This document shows, in pieces, positions 36,264 through 46,211 of a DNA stretch of 64,000 nucleotides (position 1 is the first letter of the stretch; each line of letters starts with the position of its first letter). The position numbers and the translations under genes were made by a program. Source of the stretch: Lysobacterales bacterium (GTDB taxonomy: Bacteria; Pseudomonadota; Gammaproteobacteria; Xanthomonadales; SZUA-5). The notes beneath the pieces were generated by a model, which was not told the DNA's origin, ran no database searches, and worked only from the letters and a program-made list of their open reading frames with translations. The stretch covers positions 1 to 64,000 of the forward strand of contig JALHMH010000025.1 of NCBI GenBank assembly GCA_022844165.1. Reading direction: 5' to 3'.

Positions 36264-37139
36264 ATGTGGAACAAGTTGAGAATAGGAATTTGCGCCTTGA
36301 CACTCAGCGGTTGCGCCGCCGCCGGCGATCATCAGGCGGAAGTCGACGACTGGCATCGGCAACGGATTGAACGACTCACCGCACCGGCTGGTTGGTTGTC
36401 GCTCGTCGGTTTGCATTGGTTGACGCCGCCAACATCGCAGAGCATCGGCAGCGATGCGAACAACTCGGTGCGGCTCGCGGTTGGGCCCGCGCACCTGGGC
36501 ACCATTTCCTGGGCCGATGGCCGCGCTTCTTTTGCAGCTGCCGCGGATGCAGCGGTGACTTTGGACGGCGCGCCGTTCGGCTTCGGGCCACTGCTCGCCG
36601 ATAGCAGCGAGAAGCCAACTTTGCTGCGGTTCGGCAGCGCCTCGCTCATCTTGATCGAGCGCGATGGTCGATTCGGTCTGCGCGTGCGCGATGAGAATGC
36701 AGAGACACGCAGGTTGTTCAAGGGTATCGAACGCTTCCCGGTCCAGGAAGATTGGAAAATCGATGCGGAGTTTGTTGCGCATCCAACAGCGCAGACCATC
36801 GAGGTCGCGACCGTGGTCGGTACGCTCGAATCGTATGCCAATCCGGGCGTCATCCGCTTTGAGCGCGACGGCAAGACACATACACTCCAGGCGCTGATCG
36901 AAAAAGGCAGCGAGCCCTACTTCATTATCTTTGCCGATCGCACCAGCGGCAAAGAAACCTATGGCATGGCGCGGTATTTGTACGCAGGCCCGCCCAAAGA
37001 CGGGCGCATCGAGATCGATTTCAACAGGGCCTATAACCCACCCTGTGTGTTCACGGACTTCGCAACCTGCCCGATGCCGCCAGACGGGAATCGGCTTGAC
37101 CTCCCGGTACGCGCCGGAGAGCGGATATACCGAAAGTAG
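36264..37139 (+). CDS. DUF1684-family lipoprotein
   Basis: Lipobox LSGC; GWLSLVGLHW, FADRTSGKETY, DFNRAYNPPCVF..TCPMPP. Confidence 0.9.
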   Translation: MWNKLRIGICALTLSGCAAAGDHQAEVDDWHRQRIERLTAPAGWLSLVGLHWLTPPTSQSIGSDANNSVRLAVGPAHLGTISWADGRASFAAAADAAVTLDGAPFGFGPLLADSSEKPTLLRFGSASLILIERDGRFGLRVRDENAETRRLFKGIERFPVQEDWKIDAEFVAHPTAQTIEVATVVGTLESYANPGVIRFERDGKTHTLQALIEKGSEPYFIIFADRTSGKETYGMARYLYAGPPKDGRIEIDFNRAYNPPCVFTDFATCPMPPDGNRLDLPVRAGERIYRK

Positions 37140-37231
37140 CCCGAATTTCGACGAATCCACCGGGGACTTGCCAGGAAAAACGAACCCGGCATGACTTCCG
37201 GTCTTTCCCGCGGGCGTTTGGCGCGCTTAGG

Positions 37232-37403
37232 CTAGAGTCCTTGATGAAGCTGGATCTTGTCATTTGAGTCAAATTTTCTTAGGAGCGGCTTTGGCTTTTG
37301 CAGCCCCCTTGAGTCAAGGGGGCGCGCGAAGCGCGGGGTTGTGGCGAGTACGCTGTCGGACGAAGCCAACCATGCTCGGCGGTCTGAGGCGAAGCCTCGC
37401 TAG
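37232..37403 (+). repeat. Element A, full copy 2
   Basis: CTAGAGTCCTTGATGAAGCTGGATCTTGTCATTTGAGTC..GGTCTGAGGCGAAGCCTCGCTAG, same ends as 4729-4910. Confidence 0.9.
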
Positions 37404-37529
37404 AGAGTCTCACGGAGCCGGATTTCCTCATGTGACGCAAATTGGCAAGCACGCTGTCGAGCGAAGTCAACGGTGTCTGCCGGGTCGAGGCGAAGCCTTG
37501 CTGTCAGCTCTTCTGCCATCGAGATCGGC

Positions 37530-38684
37530 ATGCGCCTGATCAGGCCTTTCACGCAGACCCAACTGTTGCGCTTCGCGGGCCTTTTCACCTGGGTCTGTGT
37601 TGGGATTTCACTGCCTTTTGTTCCTGTCCTGCGGACACCCGATGGCGACGCGATTGTCGTTTCGGTGACCGCCGCATATTTGGTATTCGGCGCAGCTTAC
37701 ATTTGGCTGACACGCGAAATGGACGGCGCCAACCGCCGGGTCATGTTTATTGCCGCACAACTGCTGATGACCGTCAGCGCACTGCTGTTCGCGTACCTGA
37801 CGGGAACTGGGATCGGCGCCATCTTGTTGTTGGTTTGCGCCAGTGTGCTGCCTTGGGTCCTGCCGATGGGCCACGGCATCGTCTGGTTGCTGGCGCAGAA
37901 TCTGGCCCTGTTGCCGGTCTTTCTGTCGCGACCGAACTTCAGCGTTATTGAGGCGGCGTTGCAGGTTGGCTTGTACCTGAGCCTGGCGACGCTGACCTTC
38001 ATCACGACCTATGTCGCACGTCGCCAAACCGAAGCGCGCGAGGAACTGCGCGTCGTGAACTCCGAGTTGCGGGCGACGCAGCTGTTGCTCGCCGAGAGCG
38101 AACGTGCGGCGGAACGGTTGCGCATCAGCCGCGAGTTGCACGATGTGGTTGGACACCACTTGACCGCGTTGACGCTCAATCTGGAAGTCGCCAGCCATTT
38201 GGTTCAAGGCAAGGCGTTGCTGCATGTCAAACAAGCGCAGAGCGTCAGCAAACAGCTGCTCACCGATGTTCGCCAGGTTGTGAGCGCGCTGCGTGGCAGT
38301 GATGCCATCGATCTCGAATCGACTCTGCAGGAGCTGGTTGCATCGGCGCCGGCGCCCGACGTGCGCCTGACCATGCCGACGCCATTCAAGCTGGACGATG
38401 GACGTCGCGCGCAGGTGCTCGTCAGGCTCACGCAGGAAATCCTGACCAACACCATGCGCCATGCGCGTGCGCGGCACCTTTGGCTCAATTTCGAACGCGA
38501 TGGCGATGTGATCGAGTTGGTCGCGCGCGATGATGGTCGCGGTGCGAGCGAGATAAAGCCCGGCAACGGACTGACAGGCATGCGCGAACGCCTCGAGGTC
38601 TTTGGCGGTTCGTTGGACATCGAAACACGCCCAGGATACGGTTTTGTCGTGCTGGCGCGTTTGCCACTGGAGAGCAAGTCATGA
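37530..38684 (+). CDS. Membrane sensor histidine kinase (HisKA_3, DesK/NarX type)
   Basis: ERLRISRELHDVVGH, QEILTNTMRHA, DDGRG, GNGLTGMRERL. Confidence 0.93.
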   Translation: MRLIRPFTQTQLLRFAGLFTWVCVGISLPFVPVLRTPDGDAIVVSVTAAYLVFGAAYIWLTREMDGANRRVMFIAAQLLMTVSALLFAYLTGTGIGAILLLVCASVLPWVLPMGHGIVWLLAQNLALLPVFLSRPNFSVIEAALQVGLYLSLATLTFITTYVARRQTEAREELRVVNSELRATQLLLAESERAAERLRISRELHDVVGHHLTALTLNLEVASHLVQGKALLHVKQAQSVSKQLLTDVRQVVSALRGSDAIDLESTLQELVASAPAPDVRLTMPTPFKLDDGRRAQVLVRLTQEILTNTMRHARARHLWLNFERDGDVIELVARDDGRGASEIKPGNGLTGMRERLEVFGGSLDIETRPGYGFVVLARLPLESKS

Positions 38685-39337
38685 TTCGAGTTTTTTTGGT
38701 CGACGATCAAACCCTGGTCCGTCAGGGCGTGCGCAGCCTTTTGGAACTCTCGGACGCCGTCCAGGTCATCGGCGAAGCGCGCGATGGCGAAGAAGCCATC
38801 CTGGAAATCCCTAAGGTCAGGCCTGATGTGGTACTTCTGGACATGCGCATGCCTGGAAAGTCCGGGTTGGATGTTCTGGAGGCATTGTCTCGCGAAGGTA
38901 CGTTGCCGCCAACGATCATTCTCACGACCTTCGACGAGGACCAGCTGGTGCTCAATGGTCTGCGTGCCGGCGCGCGTGGCTTTCTGCTCAAAGATGTTTC
39001 TTTGGAGCAACTGATCAGCGCCATCAAAACCGTTGCGGAAGGCGGCTCGCTGGTGCAACCGGGTCTGACCGAACGCCTTTTGCGTGGTGTATCGACGCTG
39101 GAAAACAAGTTTGCCAGCCTGGAAGAGCCAGATCCGCTGACAGAGCGCGAAACCGAGATTCTGCGGTTGATGAGCGGTGGTTATTCGAACAAGGAAATCG
39201 CGCGCTCGCTGGATGTTGCCGAAGGCACCGTCAAAAACCACGTCTCCAACATACTGTCCAAACTCGGCGTTCGTGATCGCACGCGCGCAGTGCTCAAGGC
39301 CCTGGAGCTCGGGCTGGTTCAGGGCAGCAAAAAATGA
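38681..39337 (+). CDS. NarL/LuxR-family response regulator
   Basis: LVDDQ, LLDMRMP, LTERETEIL..SNKEIA..TVKNHVSNILSKL. Confidence 0.95.
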   Translation: MIRVFLVDDQTLVRQGVRSLLELSDAVQVIGEARDGEEAILEIPKVRPDVVLLDMRMPGKSGLDVLEALSREGTLPPTIILTTFDEDQLVLNGLRAGARGFLLKDVSLEQLISAIKTVAEGGSLVQPGLTERLLRGVSTLENKFASLEEPDPLTERETEILRLMSGGYSNKEIARSLDVAEGTVKNHVSNILSKLGVRDRTRAVLKALELGLVQGSKK

Positions 39338-39396
39338 CTCCCGACTCGGCGCTGCGGAGTGGTTTGAACAACGGCGGTGATCGCTCGATCGTCAGG

Positions 39397-40194
39397 TCAG
39401 CCAAACCGCTCCGTAGACTCGAAGAAGATGTCCCGATAGGCGACATAGATGCTGATCAAAAACATCGGGCCGACCACCAGCCAACCCAGCAGTAGCGGAA
39501 TCGTCGCCACAATGAGCAGCACCAGCATCACGATGCCGTAGAGCAAGAACGGCAAAATGTTGCGCAAACACGCGGCAAAACTACGCCGCAAAGATTCGAC
39601 CACGGTGATCGGATGCAGAGCGAGCAAGGTCGACGCAAACCACGCCGCCATGCTGATCGGCAATACCAACGCCAGAACGATCAACGACGCGAGTACGATC
39701 TTTTGCAACGTCTCAAGATTCGGCTCGAAGGTTCCAAACCCGTAAAGGGCAGCGAACGTCTCGCCACCGAGAAGCGGAATCATCACCAGCAAACTGATTC
39801 CCAATGTCGCCAGTGTCGTGATCAGTCCGAGCAGCAGAATGTTCGGCATTCGCTTGAACAACAGGTCCAGCGCATCCTGCTCGTTGGTCCGCCCGGTGCG
39901 GCGCTGACCGTCGAGCAATAACGCGGAGAAAGCCGCGAAGACCGGATAGATCACAGCGCCAAACAGCGGGCCGAGTAGCGGCACCATTTGCACCGCAATC
40001 GCCAGCACAATGTAGATGATGATCAGGATGATCCATAAGCCGGGAGAGCGCTTGAACAGCTCGAACGAACTTGAAATCCAGGCGACGCCACGACCGATGG
40101 GCCGAGTCAGTGGCTTTTCCAGCAATGCCTCATTGCCCGACTCGATGGGATCGACCACACTGGTCTGCGGCGCCGCATAAGGATTTCGATCCAT
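39397..40194 (-). CDS. BPSS1780-family membrane protein
   Basis: NPYAAP N-terminus, GRGVAWI, SFAACLRNILPFLLY, YVAYRDIF. Confidence 0.8.
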   Translation of the reverse strand: MDRNPYAAPQTSVVDPIESGNEALLEKPLTRPIGRGVAWISSSFELFKRSPGLWIILIIIYIVLAIAVQMVPLLGPLFGAVIYPVFAAFSALLLDGQRRTGRTNEQDALDLLFKRMPNILLLGLITTLATLGISLLVMIPLLGGETFAALYGFGTFEPNLETLQKIVLASLIVLALVLPISMAAWFASTLLALHPITVVESLRRSFAACLRNILPFLLYGIVMLVLLIVATIPLLLGWLVVGPMFLISIYVAYRDIFFESTERFG

Positions 40195-40355
40195 CCGACT
40201 GACTCGAAGTGCAGAGCCCACAGAATAACCCACAACCCTTCGAGACCTGTCGGCGAGCGAATGGCACGCCTCGCCCTCTGCGACCGCACGAAGGGCACCG
40301 CGAAATCCCAAGCCCTTTGCAGAATGCACGAGTCGATCGCGGCTATGCTTGGCGG

Positions 40356-41144
40356 ATGGCACTCCCGGTCGCTCTCAACAAACTGGTTGGAAAGGCCCTC
40401 GGCGCTTCGTTGGGGATGGTGGTCGGCGGCCCGGTGGGCGCGCTGGTGGGCGCGGGCCTCGGGCACGCGTTCGATGCAGGTTGGTTGAACTGGCGCCTGG
40501 ATCGCGGCCTGGCTCGCGCCGATGGGCGGCGACAGCACATGGTGTTTTTGTTTCGTTGGCTGGGCCATCTTGCCAAGGCCGATGGCCGTGTCAGTGAACG
40601 CGATATCGAAGCGGTCCAGAAGTTGATGCAGCGGTTGAACTTATCGCCTAGGGAGCGCCGGGAGGCGGTGGATGCCTTTCAGTTCGGACGCCACAACGCA
40701 CCGGATCCAGGAGGCGACGTCCGCGGACTGCGCGCGGCGCTGGGCGAAGCCATCGACGAACAGGAGCTGTTGCGGGGGCTCGTGATGTTTGCGCTGAAGG
40801 ACGGCAAAGCCACGCTCGCCGAACAAGCGGTGCTGGAGAAGCTCGGGCACGCATTCGGGTGGTCGAAGGATCGTATCGGCGATTTCCTCCTACGGCCAAA
40901 AGACGCCGACGCCGGGCAACTGTCCAACGCATACGCGAAGCTTGGTGCAACGGCCGACTGCAGCGATGATGCGTTAACGCGGTGTTATCGACGTTCACTC
41001 GCGCAACATCATCCCGATAAACTGCAGGGCGCGGGCGCCACCGAAGCTGTGCTTCTGGCGGCTCAGGCGCAAACGCGAGAACTGCGTGCGGCCTACGAGC
41101 GCATCATGGCCGCACGCGCGGCGTTTCGTTTACCACCGCGCTGA
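40356..41144 (+). CDS. djlA: DnaJ-like co-chaperone DjlA
   Basis: Gly-rich TM GHAFD, LGHLAKADGRVSE (TerB-like), C-terminal J-domain HHPDKL. Confidence 0.9.
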   Translation: MALPVALNKLVGKALGASLGMVVGGPVGALVGAGLGHAFDAGWLNWRLDRGLARADGRRQHMVFLFRWLGHLAKADGRVSERDIEAVQKLMQRLNLSPRERREAVDAFQFGRHNAPDPGGDVRGLRAALGEAIDEQELLRGLVMFALKDGKATLAEQAVLEKLGHAFGWSKDRIGDFLLRPKDADAGQLSNAYAKLGATADCSDDALTRCYRRSLAQHHPDKLQGAGATEAVLLAAQAQTRELRAAYERIMAARAAFRLPPR

Positions 41145-41676
41145 TTTTCAGCCCTACTTCGTCGGAGAGTGTGCGGCGATTGGCGACCATGCCAAACTCC
41201 GAACGCCGCACGCTGCCGATCACTTCGATGGTGCACGCGACAATCGGCCGCTGGCTCAAGCATGCGGGTTTATTGACATCAAAGGTCACCTGGCGTTCTA
41301 CGCCGCGCAGGCTCAACCAGCCATCGACACGGGCTGTTCCGGCGGTCAACGCAAAGGGCTGGGAACGGAACTCGATCCATGGATGCCGCGCGACATCGAA
41401 GTAGTCCGAGGACTTGAGCATGCGCAAGTGCTGGGGATTTTTCATCGTGGCGCTGTCTGCGGCGACACGGGCTTGAATACTCACCATGCCCTCGACGATT
41501 TCTGCGCGACCGTCGAGCGCAAGAAACTGCCCGCGGCGTTTGATCATCCATAACAACGCCACATCGAAGTCGACGCGCGAAGCGCTGCTGTCGATGCTAA
41601 GGTCAATGTTCGATGGGTTTGCCATGGCGTGACCGCTAAGCAGCAAGCCGATCAAGGCTGGCCACCGCCGATTCAC
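41104..41676 (-). CDS. YceI-family periplasmic protein
   Basis: Signal peptide; DYFDVARHPWIEF, GWLSLRGVER, RRSEFGM. Confidence 0.88.
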   Translation of the reverse strand: MNRRWPALIGLLLSGHAMANPSNIDLSIDSSASRVDFDVALLWMIKRRGQFLALDGRAEIVEGMVSIQARVAADSATMKNPQHLRMLKSSDYFDVARHPWIEFRSQPFALTAGTARVDGWLSLRGVERQVTFDVNKPACLSQRPIVACTIEVIGSVRRSEFGMVANRRTLSDEVGLKISAVVNETPRVRP

Positions 41677-42156
41677 CTATGGCCACCAAAATTCGATCAC
41701 TTCGGCTGCGCCAGGTTCGAGTGGCGCACCGCTCTGGATCCGCAAACGGGCGATCGCAGCCGTCGGCATACCGCGACCATCGACACTACGGCCGTCGGTG
41801 AGCAAACCAACCAAAGATTCGAGGCCCGGATTATGGCCAACCAGCAACAGCGTTGGCATCGGCCGATGGCGCTCGAGAATGTCGATGAGTTCTCCGGGCG
41901 TTGCGTCGTAAATGCCCGGTTCGATCTGCTCGGCAATGCCCCACCTTGCCTGCAGGGCACTTAAGGTCTGGCGCGTTCGCAGACTCGGTGAACACAGCAC
42001 TTTGCCCGGGTGCAACTGCCGTTCGATCAGCCAACGGGTGGCCGCCTCGGCCTGTGCGAAACCCAGGGTCGAAAGCGGTCGGTCGAGATCTCGGCCGCTC
42101 GGTGCCTGCGGCTCCGCATGTGCATGCCGCAACAGTATCAGCTCTTCCACGCTCAC
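41677..42156 (-). CDS. sixA: SixA-type phosphohistidine phosphatase
   Basis: LILLRHAHA, DLDRPLS, SPSLRTRQT, VGHNPG; GTG start approximate. Confidence 0.85.
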   Translation of the reverse strand: MSVEELILLRHAHAEPQAPSGRDLDRPLSTLGFAQAEAATRWLIERQLHPGKVLCSPSLRTRQTLSALQARWGIAEQIEPGIYDATPGELIDILERHRPMPTLLLVGHNPGLESLVGLLTDGRSVDGRGMPTAAIARLRIQSGAPLEPGAAEVIEFWWP

Positions 42157-42200
42157 CCCTCGCGACTCGAATTGCGCCTGAGCATGGCGCCGAAGAGACG

Positions 42201-42806
42201 CTAGTGCAAGGTGGCGCCAGCCGGTGCGGCATCGTCGAAGGGTCGATCGATCCAATACTGACGCACGTCGGCGAGCAGCGACGGCAGCTGCAACATGCGC
42301 TCGTCCCGCTCCTGATCGGAAAGCGGCGCGACGCCCGGATCGGCAATTTCCGCAAAGACGCCGTCCTCAACGCCCAATTCCACGATCGGTGCCAACATCT
42401 CGATCAGTGCGTCGTCTTCTGTCATGCGTTGCTCCCAGATGTCGGCGTTCAGATCGACGCCAAGGCTGAAGCCCTGGCACCACCCGCTACAATCCACCTG
42501 GCGGTCTTCTTCCTGACCGGTCTCCGCAAAGATCGGTTCGTAGGCGAATACGTCCATGTTTCGATCGATATCGTCGTAGAGCCGAACCAACAGCGCATAC
42601 AAACGCCGCGCTTTACTCATTTGTTTGGGCCGTGGCTGCCCACCCAGCACGACGGCAAACCACGTATCGGCGGCGATGCGCCGCGGACCGACAGCAATCG
42701 CTGTCAGCAGGCCTTGCACACCGTCCAGTTGCAAGCCATCGCCATCGCTCAAGAACTCGAGCAACTGGTCGATCTCTTCGAAATCCTGGTCGTCGAGCGT
42801 ACTCAT
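42201..42806 (-). CDS. UPF0149/YecA-family protein
   Basis: LDGVQGLLTAIAVGP, WCQGFSLG; acidic. Confidence 0.8.
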   Translation of the reverse strand: MSTLDDQDFEEIDQLLEFLSDGDGLQLDGVQGLLTAIAVGPRRIAADTWFAVVLGGQPRPKQMSKARRLYALLVRLYDDIDRNMDVFAYEPIFAETGQEEDRQVDCSGWCQGFSLGVDLNADIWEQRMTEDDALIEMLAPIVELGVEDGVFAEIADPGVAPLSDQERDERMLQLPSLLADVRQYWIDRPFDDAAPAGATLH

Positions 42807-43573
42807 GGGGCGAATGTCGCCCACACCGGCGCGTGATCCGAAGGACTATCCCAGGTGCGCGGCTCGCGATCGATGCCAACCGCTTCAAGGCGCTCATCGA
42901 GCGCGGCGCTGATCAGAATCAGGTCGATGCGCAAACCGCGGTTTCGGCGAAACGCACCCTGCCGGTAATCCCACCACGAGTAGTGCCCGCCGCCCTGTTC
43001 GACGAGCCGGAAGCTGTCTCGCAGGCCAAGGTCGAACAGGGCGCGCAAGCCGTCCCGTTCTGCGGGTGAGCACAACACTTCATCGCCCCAGGCCAGCGGG
43101 TCGAACACGTCGCGATCGTCGGGTGCGATGTTGAAGTCGCCCATCACGACCAACTGTTCGTGGCGCGACGTTTCGTCGGCGAGCCAGTCGCGAAGCGCTG
43201 CCAGCCAGCTGAGTTTGTAGGCGTACTTGTCGCTTGCAAGGGCCTGACCATTGACCACATACAAATTGATGTAGCGCACCGAATCGATTGTGGCGGCCAC
43301 CACACGACGCTGCGGATCGTCGAACCCTGGAATATCGCGCAACACGTCCATGGGCTCAGCATCGCGGAATAACAGCGCCACGCCGTTATAGGATTTCTGA
43401 CCATTCGAGACTGCCCGATAGCCCAGGGCCGCCAACTCAGAGTGCGGGAACTTGTCGTCCGTCAGTTTTAGTTCCTGCAAGCCGACCACATCCGGCTGCT
43501 CTGCCTCAAGCCACGTCAGCAGGTGCGGCAGCCGCACATTGAGCGAATTGACATTCCAGGAGGCGATGCGCAT
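42803..43573 (-). CDS. xth: Exodeoxyribonuclease III
   Basis: MRIASWNVNS, LQELK, GDFNIAP, YSWWDYR, GLRID, PSDHAPV. Confidence 0.95.
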   Translation of the reverse strand: MRIASWNVNSLNVRLPHLLTWLEAEQPDVVGLQELKLTDDKFPHSELAALGYRAVSNGQKSYNGVALLFRDAEPMDVLRDIPGFDDPQRRVVAATIDSVRYINLYVVNGQALASDKYAYKLSWLAALRDWLADETSRHEQLVVMGDFNIAPDDRDVFDPLAWGDEVLCSPAERDGLRALFDLGLRDSFRLVEQGGGHYSWWDYRQGAFRRNRGLRIDLILISAALDERLEAVGIDREPRTWDSPSDHAPVWATFAP

Positions 43574-43584
43574 GTCGGCGGACG

Positions 43585-44145
43585 TTACTGTCTCTCGCGT
43601 AAAGCAATCGGCTGGTACCTCTGCGACTCCAACTCGCGCTTGGCTGCTTCCAAAGCGCGCGAGTCGGCGAATGGCCCCAGACGCACGCGATGCCATGTGC
43701 GGCCATCGATCGTCACTGGTACAACATTGGCTTGTACGCCGGTGAGCGCTAATCGCGCCTTCAGCGCTTCAGCATCCGCGGCATTGCCGAAACTGGACAC
43801 TTGCAGCATCAATCGCTCGCCAACAGCCGGCGGTGCTGGCGCCGCCTTTTGGTTCTGTTCTTTCAGCTCCGCGTCCGGGATGACAACCTCCATTTCAGGC
43901 AGCACCGAATAGAAATCGTACTTCGGCTTCCGCGCAGCGGTGTCGCCAGCCGCCAGTTCCACCAGCGGTTTGTCGCCTTCGGCCGATTGCGCGTTCGGAT
44001 CAGGCCTGGGGCTGGTCGACGTGGACATGCCGTCCTTCAAGATAAAGAACATTGTCAGACCCACGCCGGCGGCAAAGCCGGCCAGCAACCACACCCAGAA
44101 CGGCAGTGGTTGTCGCTGATTTCCGCGGACCGCCTGGCGAGCCAT
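43585..44145 (-). CDS. SPOR-domain cell-division protein (FtsN-like)
   Basis: TM, YDFYSVLP, LQVSSF..WHRVRLGPF; downstream of argS. Confidence 0.88.
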   Translation of the reverse strand: MARQAVRGNQRQPLPFWVWLLAGFAAGVGLTMFFILKDGMSTSTSPRPDPNAQSAEGDKPLVELAAGDTAARKPKYDFYSVLPEMEVVIPDAELKEQNQKAAPAPPAVGERLMLQVSSFGNAADAEALKARLALTGVQANVVPVTIDGRTWHRVRLGPFADSRALEAAKRELESQRYQPIALRERQ

Positions 44146-45918
44146 TTACATCTTCTCCGGTGCATTGACGCCGATCAGTTTAAGGCCGTTGGCGAGCACT
44201 TGCCTGACCGCAAGCGCAAGGTTCATGCGCGCGTTGCGCAAGTCATCGTCATCATTCAGGATTCGCGTATCCGCGCCCTTGAAGTCGTAGTACGAGTGAA
44301 AGGCGGCGGCAAGTTCTCGCAAATAGTTCGCGATCATATGCGGAGCACGCGTTTCGCCGGCTTTTTCGACCGCTTCGGGGTAGCGCTGGAGCATGCCCAG
44401 CAGATCGAGTTCGGGTTCCAGCGTTAACCGTTGTTTGGCAGCATCGCCTCCGGCTCGATTGTGCGTCAGCCCACGTTCGATGGCTTCGCGGAACACCTTG
44501 CAAATGCGCGCATGCGCGTACTGTACGTAATAGACCGGGTTTTCCCGCGAAGTGCTCTTGGCCAGCTCCAGATCGAAATCCAGGTGCTGGTCATTGCTGC
44601 GCATGACATAGAAGAAGCGACATGCGTCCGCGCCCACCTCGTTGCGCAACTCGCGCAGAGTGACGAATTGCCCTGAACGGGTGCTCATCTGCACACGCTC
44701 GCTGCCGCGGAACAAGATGGCGAACTGAACGAGCAAAATTTCGATTTTCGAAGGATCGAGCCCGAGGCCCTGCGCTGCTGCCTTGAGTCGTGCGATGTAG
44801 CCATGGTGGTCAGCGCCAAACACATAGATTGCCCGGCTGAAGCCGCGCTCGAATTTGTTCAGAAGGTAAGCGATATCCGAAGCAAAGTACGTCGGCTGGC
44901 CATTCTCGCGCACCACGACGCGGTCCTTTTCATCGCCAAATGTCGTCGCGCGAAACCACAAAGCGCCTTTGTTTTCGTACATGTGGCCCAGGCGCGTGAG
45001 CCGATCAACGGCACGCTTGACCGCACCGGAGGTTTCCAGCGAGCGTTCACTGAACCAAGTGTCGTAGCGTACGTTGAATTGCCCAAGATCTTCGCGGATG
45101 TCGTCGAGAATCGAGTTCAATCCGGCGTCGAAGACCTGTCGATAATCGGATTCGCCGAGCAACGTCTTGCAGCGCGAAATCAGTGCGTCGATATGCGCCT
45201 CTTTGTCGCCGCCCTGGGATTCATCCGGCGGCAAGTCTGCGCCGATTTCGTGCGCCGTCCGCCGCAAGCGGTCGCCGGCACTGCTCTTGAGCGCGCGCGC
45301 GATGTCGTAGACGTATTCGCCTTTGTAGGCGTTATCGGGAAAACGCACCGGCGTGCCGGCGAGTTCAAGGTATCGCAGCCAGACACTGGTGGCGAGAATG
45401 TCCATCTGCCGACCATTGTCGTTGACGTAGTACTCGCGCTGCACATCAATGCCGCAGGCTTCCAGTACGCTCGCCAGGCTCGCGCCAAACGCGGCGCCGC
45501 GGCCATGGCCGACATGCAAAGGTCCGGTGGGGTTGGCGCTGACGAATTCCACCGTCACGCGCTCGCCTTCGACCGGTGCGCTGCGCCCGTACTCGACGCC
45601 CCGTTCGAATACCCGCTTGAGCGTGCCGTACAAGCAACTCCTGCTGAGGAAGAAATTGACGAAGCCCGGCCCGGCGATCTCCACTTTGTCGATATGCCGC
45701 GAGGGTGGCAGGTGTTGCACGATTTGAGCGGCCAGGTCGCGGGGTTTCATACCCAGCGCTTTGCACAACACCATTGCCGCATTGGTTGTGAAGTCGCCGT
45801 GTTCCTTGCTCTTGGTGCGGTCGATCGCAAACGCCGGCTCCGGCGGCAACTCCACCGCCGCTTTGCGCCGTACGTCCAAAAGCGCCTGCATCACAAGTTC
45901 GTTCAAATGCTCTTTCAC
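44146..45918 (-). CDS. argS: Arginine--tRNA ligase
   Basis: EFVSANPTGPLHVGHGR, GADHHGY, MSTRSG, YVQYAHAR, APEKM; GTG start. Confidence 0.97.
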   Translation of the reverse strand: MKEHLNELVMQALLDVRRKAAVELPPEPAFAIDRTKSKEHGDFTTNAAMVLCKALGMKPRDLAAQIVQHLPPSRHIDKVEIAGPGFVNFFLSRSCLYGTLKRVFERGVEYGRSAPVEGERVTVEFVSANPTGPLHVGHGRGAAFGASLASVLEACGIDVQREYYVNDNGRQMDILATSVWLRYLELAGTPVRFPDNAYKGEYVYDIARALKSSAGDRLRRTAHEIGADLPPDESQGGDKEAHIDALISRCKTLLGESDYRQVFDAGLNSILDDIREDLGQFNVRYDTWFSERSLETSGAVKRAVDRLTRLGHMYENKGALWFRATTFGDEKDRVVVRENGQPTYFASDIAYLLNKFERGFSRAIYVFGADHHGYIARLKAAAQGLGLDPSKIEILLVQFAILFRGSERVQMSTRSGQFVTLRELRNEVGADACRFFYVMRSNDQHLDFDLELAKSTSRENPVYYVQYAHARICKVFREAIERGLTHNRAGGDAAKQRLTLEPELDLLGMLQRYPEAVEKAGETRAPHMIANYLRELAAAFHSYYDFKGADTRILNDDDDLRNARMNLALAVRQVLANGLKLIGVNAPEKM

Positions 45919-45999
45919 GCGCCACACCGATCCGACAGAACAAGGAATCCGCAAGGATAGCGCGGGACGGCCGGACAGCGCGCTCTTGCACCAGAACCT

Positions 46000-46073
46000 G
46001 TAGCGAGGTTCCGCCTCAGACCGCCGAGCATTGCTGGCTTCGTCCGACAGCGTGCTCGCTACAACCCCGCGCT
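46000..46073 (-). repeat. Partial copy of element A (right ~75 nt)
   Basis: GTAGCGAGGTTCCGCCTCAGACCGCCGAGCATTGCTGGCTTCGTCCGACAGCG..ACAACCCCGCGC is the reverse complement of the element A 3' part. Confidence 0.85.
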
Positions 46074-46211
46074 GAGTATTTCCGGCCCAGCGGCTTTGGC
46101 GGTTTAAGCCTCGCAGGCTGGAAGCGGAATTAAACCCGTTGTGAGGGCGACGCGATGCACAACAATCACACAATCGCGCTAGCCTTGGCCCACTCGACAG
46201 CTCTGGGGATC

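Noticed and set aside
41104-41144. 41-nt convergent overlap between djlA and the yceI-like gene
   Set aside because: Short 3' overlaps are common in GC-rich genomes; the tails carry no motif
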